Source: Nanopusillaceae archaeon (GTDB lineage Archaea; Nanobdellota; Nanobdellia; Nanobdellales; Nanobdellaceae). From it: 28,936 nt of DNA. The notes beneath the pieces are model-generated. The model worked only from the letters and a program-made list of their open reading frames with translations, had not been told where the DNA came from and ran no database searches. Shown piece by piece: positions 24,892-28,936 of the stretch (within the stretch, counting starts at the first letter, position 1; the number at the start of each line of letters is the position of its first letter). The position numbers and the translations under genes were made by a program. The stretch is taken from contig JBMFJL010000003.1 of the NCBI GenBank assembly GCA_049973735.1, positions 1 to 28,936 of the forward strand, read 5' to 3'.

Positions 24892-25337
24892 TATTTTATT
24901 ATTATTTCTCCACCAATACTTTTAACCTTTTCTATTGCCTTTTTTGAAGCTTCTCTAACATATATCTTCATTTTTTTATCTATATTTCCTTCACCCAATA
25001 ATTTATCTACTCCCAATTCATCTAAATCTATTATATAATAATCTCCCTCCTTTTTTATTATATTTTCTTCTAATAAATAATCAAAATACTCATTTAGGTC
25101 ATTTAAATTTATTATTTCCTTTATTTTATTATATTTGGGACTCGTAAATCCTTTTTTATCTTCAAATTTTTCTGGAAATTCCTTAATCAATTTAATATAT
25201 TTTTGTTTTTTAAATCTCCATCCAGATAATCCAGATCCTCCCTTATTTCCCTTTCCTCTATTTCTATCGTTATATCCTCTTCTAGCATATCTAGTCCCAA
25301 CATACTTCCTATATTTTTTCTTTCTATGAACAACCAT
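24891..25337 (-). CDS. rpl15: Ribosomal protein uL15
   Basis: 148 aa. A basic N-terminus (HRKKKYRKYVGTRYARRGYNDRNRGKGNKGGSGLSG) is followed by the C-terminal KKAIEKVKSIGGEIII. Its stop abuts the rpl19e start (1-nt overlap). Confidence 0.85.
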   Translation of the reverse strand: MVVHRKKKYRKYVGTRYARRGYNDRNRGKGNKGGSGLSGWRFKKQKYIKLIKEFPEKFEDKKGFTSPKYNKIKEIINLNDLNEYFDYLLEENIIKKEGDYYIIDLDELGVDKLLGEGNIDKKMKIYVREASKKAIEKVKSIGGEIIIK

Positions 25338-25378
25338 GATAGTAATAGATTTATTAAAAGAATTTTTTTAAATATATT

Positions 25379-26692
25379 ATGAATTTAGAACCTCCCTCTG
25401 GATTAAGAGATTTTAGACCAGAGGAGAAGATATTAAGGCAAAAGATATTTGAAAGAATAGAAAAAATATTCAGAAGATTTGGTTATGATCCTATAGAAAC
25501 ACCTACTATAGAATATTGGGAAATATTAAAAGGAAAATATGGAGAAGAAGCTGAAAATAAATTAATATGGAGATTCAAGTTGCCTTATTCAGATAAAGAA
25601 TATGCTTTAAGATATGATCAAACAGTTCCATTGGCAAGATTCTATTCTAGATTTCAATTTCCTTTACCATTTAAAAGATATGTAATAGAAAAATCTTACA
25701 GATACGATAATCCACAAAAAGGTAGGTATAGGGAATTTTATCAGGCAGATTTCGATATAATAGGTTCTAAAGAACCAGAAGCAGATGCAGAAATAATCAA
25801 TGTAGTATATTATATATTTAAAGAGTTTAATTTTAGCAATTTTAAGATATTAATAAATGATAGAGAATTTTTGAGATTTATATTTGAAAAGAGCTTAAAT
25901 ATAACTATAGAAAAGATAAATAAGGTTTATAATATCATAGATAAGTTGGATAAAATAGGATTAGAAGGTGTAAAAAAAGAATTGGATGTTTTAGTTGGTG
26001 AAAAATTATCAAATAAAATAATAGAGATAATATCTATGAAAAATGATGAAATATTAGATTATCTGTCAAAATTCAATGAAATAAATAAAGAATTGGAATA
26101 TTTTAATAATATATTAAGTTTGCTGGAAAATAGAAAATTTGTAGAAATAAATTTATCTCTAGTTAGAGGGCTAGATTATTATACTGGTATGATATTTGAA
26201 GCAATAGTAGATGAGCCAAAAATTGGATCTTTGGCAGGAGGTGGCAGATACGATAATTTGATAAAATTGTTTGCAAATAGAGATATACCAGCAGTTGGTG
26301 GAAGTATTGGTGTAGAAAGATTAATAGATGCGGGTTTAGAATTAGGTATATTTAAATTAGATAAAAAAACATATACAGAGCTATGTGTTATTTACTTTGA
26401 AGATACATTTAATGATGCTTGGAATATATGTAATAGATTAAGAGATCTGGGAATAAATTGCTACATAGATCTAATGAAAAGAGATTTTGAAAAACAAATA
26501 AAATATGCGGTAGATAAGGACATAAGATTTTTACTCATAGTAGGTAAAAAGGAATTGTCTAGAAATAAAGTTTTGTTACAAGATAGATATAAAAAGGAAA
26601 AAATAGAGATTGATAAAGATAATTTGGGAGAAGTAGTTAAAATAATAAGTGAGAGACAGAATGTATCAACTGACAAACAATACATTATATAA
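25379..26692 (+). CDS. hisS: Histidyl-tRNA synthetase
   Basis: 437 aa. Class II motifs are present: GLRDFRPEE, RYDQTVPLARFY, FKRYVIEKSYRYDNPQKGRYREFYQADFDIIG, GGGRYDNL and GGSIGVERL. The C-terminus is an anticodon-binding domain. Confidence 0.9.
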   Translation: MNLEPPSGLRDFRPEEKILRQKIFERIEKIFRRFGYDPIETPTIEYWEILKGKYGEEAENKLIWRFKLPYSDKEYALRYDQTVPLARFYSRFQFPLPFKRYVIEKSYRYDNPQKGRYREFYQADFDIIGSKEPEADAEIINVVYYIFKEFNFSNFKILINDREFLRFIFEKSLNITIEKINKVYNIIDKLDKIGLEGVKKELDVLVGEKLSNKIIEIISMKNDEILDYLSKFNEINKELEYFNNILSLLENRKFVEINLSLVRGLDYYTGMIFEAIVDEPKIGSLAGGGRYDNLIKLFANRDIPAVGGSIGVERLIDAGLELGIFKLDKKTYTELCVIYFEDTFNDAWNICNRLRDLGINCYIDLMKRDFEKQIKYAVDKDIRFLLIVGKKELSRNKVLLQDRYKKEKIEIDKDNLGEVVKIISERQNVSTDKQYII

Positions 26693-26695
26693 ATA

Positions 26696-26702
26696 TTTTT
26701 TG
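26696..26702 (+). terminator. Oligo-T tract (T7) 4 nt after the hisS stop; candidate archaeal intrinsic terminator
   Basis: The sequence is TAA-ata-TTTTTTT-g. Archaeal RNAP terminates at oligo-T runs. Such runs are common in this AT-rich DNA, so this is weak evidence. Confidence 0.3.
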
Positions 26703-26801
26703 TTAATTCAATCAATCTGTTTATAAACCTTGTATATAAAATTTTCTTTCAAAAAATACGGCCATAATCATATAAGCTTTTGGAATTTATAAGATTTGTT
26801 G

Positions 26802-27851
26802 TCAGTTGTAGACAACACCCTTCGTATATACCCAATTAATCATTGCTGCAAAGAATATAGCCAGTAACTGGGATAATATATAGTTTAGATTTAATACATA
26901 GAAAAAGAATAGGGCGGAAAAATATTGGAATGGCTGAGATATAATACCTCTTCCAATTATAAATAATAAAAATCTTTGTACAAATGGTTTTCTTTTTTCT
27001 TTGAATACTAAAAAATCATTTAGCATAAAATTCCATATAATTGAAGCAATTATGGATAATAATGATGAAATATAAAATGGTAAAAATTGGTATAGTATAT
27101 ATAATGATCCGATGTTGACAAAAATACCAGAAATACCAACTATATTAAATTTTATAAATTGCCAAAAATCAAATAATTTTATAATTTGTACTATATAAGA
27201 TATCATTACCTTACCTTTTAATTTGGATTCTCCATATTTTCTTTCTTTGAAAGTATATGGAATTTCTAATATTTTTTTAGGCCTAATTTTAACTAAAATA
27301 TCTAGTAGAACTTTGTAACTAAAAGGATCACTTACTTCAAAATCATTCAACAATTCTTTTCTTATCATAAAGTAACCCGAAGTTACATCTTTAATTTTTA
27401 ATGTTTCTGGTAGAAGAATATGTGATAAAAGTATTGCGATTCTTGACATTAATTTTCTTTTAAAGCTCCATCCTTCAGTTTTTCCACCTTCTACATATCT
27501 GGAAGCAATAATTAGATCATATCCTTCTCGAATTTTATCATACATTTTCTTCAATAATTCTGGAGGATGTTGCAAATCAGCATCCATCAATACAATATAG
27601 TCTCCAGATGCTAGTTTCAATCCATCTACAAAAGCTGAAGCCAATCCTTTTTTACTTCCTCTCTCTAATAATTTTATTTTCTTGTTTTTATTTATTAAAT
27701 TATTTATTATATCTATTGTACCATCATCAGATCCGTCATCTACAAATATTATCTCATATTCAACATCTTTTAGTGTTTTATCTATTCTATCGACTAATTC
27801 TTCAATATTTTCTTTTTCATTGAGTACAGGAACAATTATCGAAACAACCAT
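26802..27851 (-). CDS. Dolichyl-phosphate mannose/glucose synthase-type GT2 glycosyltransferase with a C-terminal GtrA-like 4-TM domain
   Basis: 349 aa. The sequence has IIVPVLNEKENI, IIFVDDGSDDGT and DADLQHPPE (the DxD and catalytic region of Dpm1-like GT2). About 120 aa of hydrophobic helices follow (FNIVGISGIFVNIG...). Confidence 0.8.
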   Translation of the reverse strand: MVVSIIVPVLNEKENIEELVDRIDKTLKDVEYEIIFVDDGSDDGTIDIINNLINKNKKIKLLERGSKKGLASAFVDGLKLASGDYIVLMDADLQHPPELLKKMYDKIREGYDLIIASRYVEGGKTEGWSFKRKLMSRIAILLSHILLPETLKIKDVTSGYFMIRKELLNDFEVSDPFSYKVLLDILVKIRPKKILEIPYTFKERKYGESKLKGKVMISYIVQIIKLFDFWQFIKFNIVGISGIFVNIGSLYILYQFLPFYISSLLSIIASIIWNFMLNDFLVFKEKRKPFVQRFLLFIIGRGIISQPFQYFSALFFFYVLNLNYILSQLLAIFFAAMINWVYTKGVVYN

Positions 27852-27908
27852 TTATAATTTTTTCTGAATATACTTGTTTTATAAAATTTATCTTATATAA
27901 AAAATTAA

Positions 27909-28073
27909 ATGCCTGCAATAGGTAATGTAAAAAAAATAAATCATATTATATGTAGAAGGTGTGGTAGACAAACATTCAATCCTAGAAAAGGATATTGCTC
28001 GCATTGTGGGTTTGGTAGAAGTAAAAAATTAAGGGCCTATGCTTGGAGTTATAAATTAAAAAGAAAATGGTAG
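27909..28073 (+). CDS. rpl37e: Ribosomal protein eL37 (zinc ribbon), below the ORF-track size cutoff
   Basis: My own translation gives [54 protein letters not shown] (54 aa). It matches the L37e pattern CRRCGR...C..CGFG.S.K.R.Y.W. It overlaps the rps5 start by 7 nt. Confidence 0.85.
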   Translation: MPAIGNVKKINHIICRRCGRQTFNPRKGYCSHCGFGRSKKLRAYAWSYKLKRKW

Positions 28074-28831
28074 AAAATAAAGTAAAAGAAGAAATAAGCC
28101 AAGAAGAAAAGGAAAAAGAAGCGTTAAAGAGAATAGAAGAACAAAAATTTGATATTGACTCTTGGAATCCAAAGACAAAATTAGGAAAATTAGTAAAAGA
28201 AGGAAAAATTGTATCTATAGAACAAATATTTGCTCAGGGATATAAAATACTTGAGCCAGAGATTGTAGATGCTTTATTACCAAATTTAAAACATGATTTC
28301 ATAAGGTTATCTTTATCTAAAGGAAAATATAGAAGACCAAAAATTATAAAGATGGTTCAAAGAAAGACTGCAGAAGGTAATAAAACTTCTTTTGTTGCTT
28401 TGGCAGTAGTTGGAAATGAAAATGGTTATATTGGTGTTGGATTGGGAAAATCTGTAGATTATTCTATAGCAATGCAAAAAGCATTAAGGAATGCTAAGCT
28501 AAATATAATACCAATAGCCAGAGGTTGTGGATCTTGGGAATGTTCATGTGGAACACCACACTCTTTACCATATAAAGTAGTTGGAAAACATGGTTCTGTA
28601 GAAGTAATATTATTACCTGCCCCAAGAGGAGTTGGATTGGTTGCACCAGATGAAGTTAAGAAAGTACTGAGACTAGCAGGTATAAGAGATATATGGATGA
28701 AATCATTTGGACAAACTAGGAAGAGAATAAACTTTATAATGGCAGTATATGATGCATTGAGAAAAACGACTAGGTATAAAATAAGGCCAGAATATGTAAA
28801 ATTGTCTGGAATAAAAATAGGATTTGCATAA
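28067..28831 (+). CDS. rps5: Ribosomal protein uS5
   Basis: 254 aa. The sequence has [42 protein letters not shown] and [29 protein letters not shown], typical of S5/S2e. The N-terminal extension is K/E-rich. Confidence 0.9.
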   Translation: MVENKVKEEISQEEKEKEALKRIEEQKFDIDSWNPKTKLGKLVKEGKIVSIEQIFAQGYKILEPEIVDALLPNLKHDFIRLSLSKGKYRRPKIIKMVQRKTAEGNKTSFVALAVVGNENGYIGVGLGKSVDYSIAMQKALRNAKLNIIPIARGCGSWECSCGTPHSLPYKVVGKHGSVEVILLPAPRGVGLVAPDEVKKVLRLAGIRDIWMKSFGQTRKRINFIMAVYDALRKTTRYKIRPEYVKLSGIKIGFA

Positions 28832-28832
28832 A

Positions 28833-28936
28833 ATGGAGAGAATTGCTGTAATAAGAATAAAAGGAGTTGTAAAAGCTAGAAAAGAAATAAAAGATACATT
28901 ATATTTATTAAGATTAAGAAGAAATAATTATGCTAT
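28833..28936 (+). CDS. rpl30: Ribosomal protein uL30, 5' part (runs off the window)
   Basis: My own translation gives MERIAVIRIKGVVKARKEIKDTLYLLRLRRNNYA... It matches the archaeal L30 N-terminus (AV.R.RG......I..TL..LRL.R.N.) and follows rps5 in the canonical order. Confidence 0.8.
   Translation, partial: MERIAVIRIKGVVKARKEIKDTLYLLRLRRNNYA

Overview
This is a compact, very AT-rich archaeal chromosome segment (I did not compute the composition). It is almost entirely coding, with many 1-19 nt gene overlaps. It holds five intron-less tRNA genes whose stems are nearly all G-C, which contrasts sharply with the AT-rich surroundings. That contrast, a gatE gene cut off after its first domain, and ribosomal-protein genes scattered in small blocks together suggest a reduced-genome hyperthermophilic archaeon of the Nanoarchaeota/DPANN kind. 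This assignment is inference, not a database result.

Main contents:
- A minus-strand operon: cdc6/orc1, PolD small subunit, rpoL, PIN-ATPase-KH, ABCE1. A 337-bp non-coding region upstream of cdc6 is a candidate replication origin.
- Ribosomal proteins uS14, uS8, uL18, uS3, uL22, eL19, uL15, eL37 (not in the ORF track), uS5 and uL30 (partial).
- A class II ribonucleotide reductase directly abutted (stop TAA then ATG) by an unusually long ThyA-family protein.
- HisRS, ApgM, Hsp20, a NOG1-type GTPase, a NurA-like nuclease, a DUF460-like protein and a Dpm1/GtrA glycosyltransferase.

Most interesting observations:
1. A GC-rich hairpin with the geometry of an archaeal H/ACA guide RNA. Its ACA box lies 3 nt upstream of the tRNA-Ser 5' end.
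2. Two three-gene operons of small proteins with pilin/ArlF/ArlG-like N-terminal helices. One ends in a 549-aa sequon-rich putative lectin-like surface protein.
3. uS14 with an obligatory N-terminal extension of about 70 aa.
4. The ThyA-family protein carrying an extra MtrA-like N-terminal domain.

I saw no CRISPR array, transposase or integrase.
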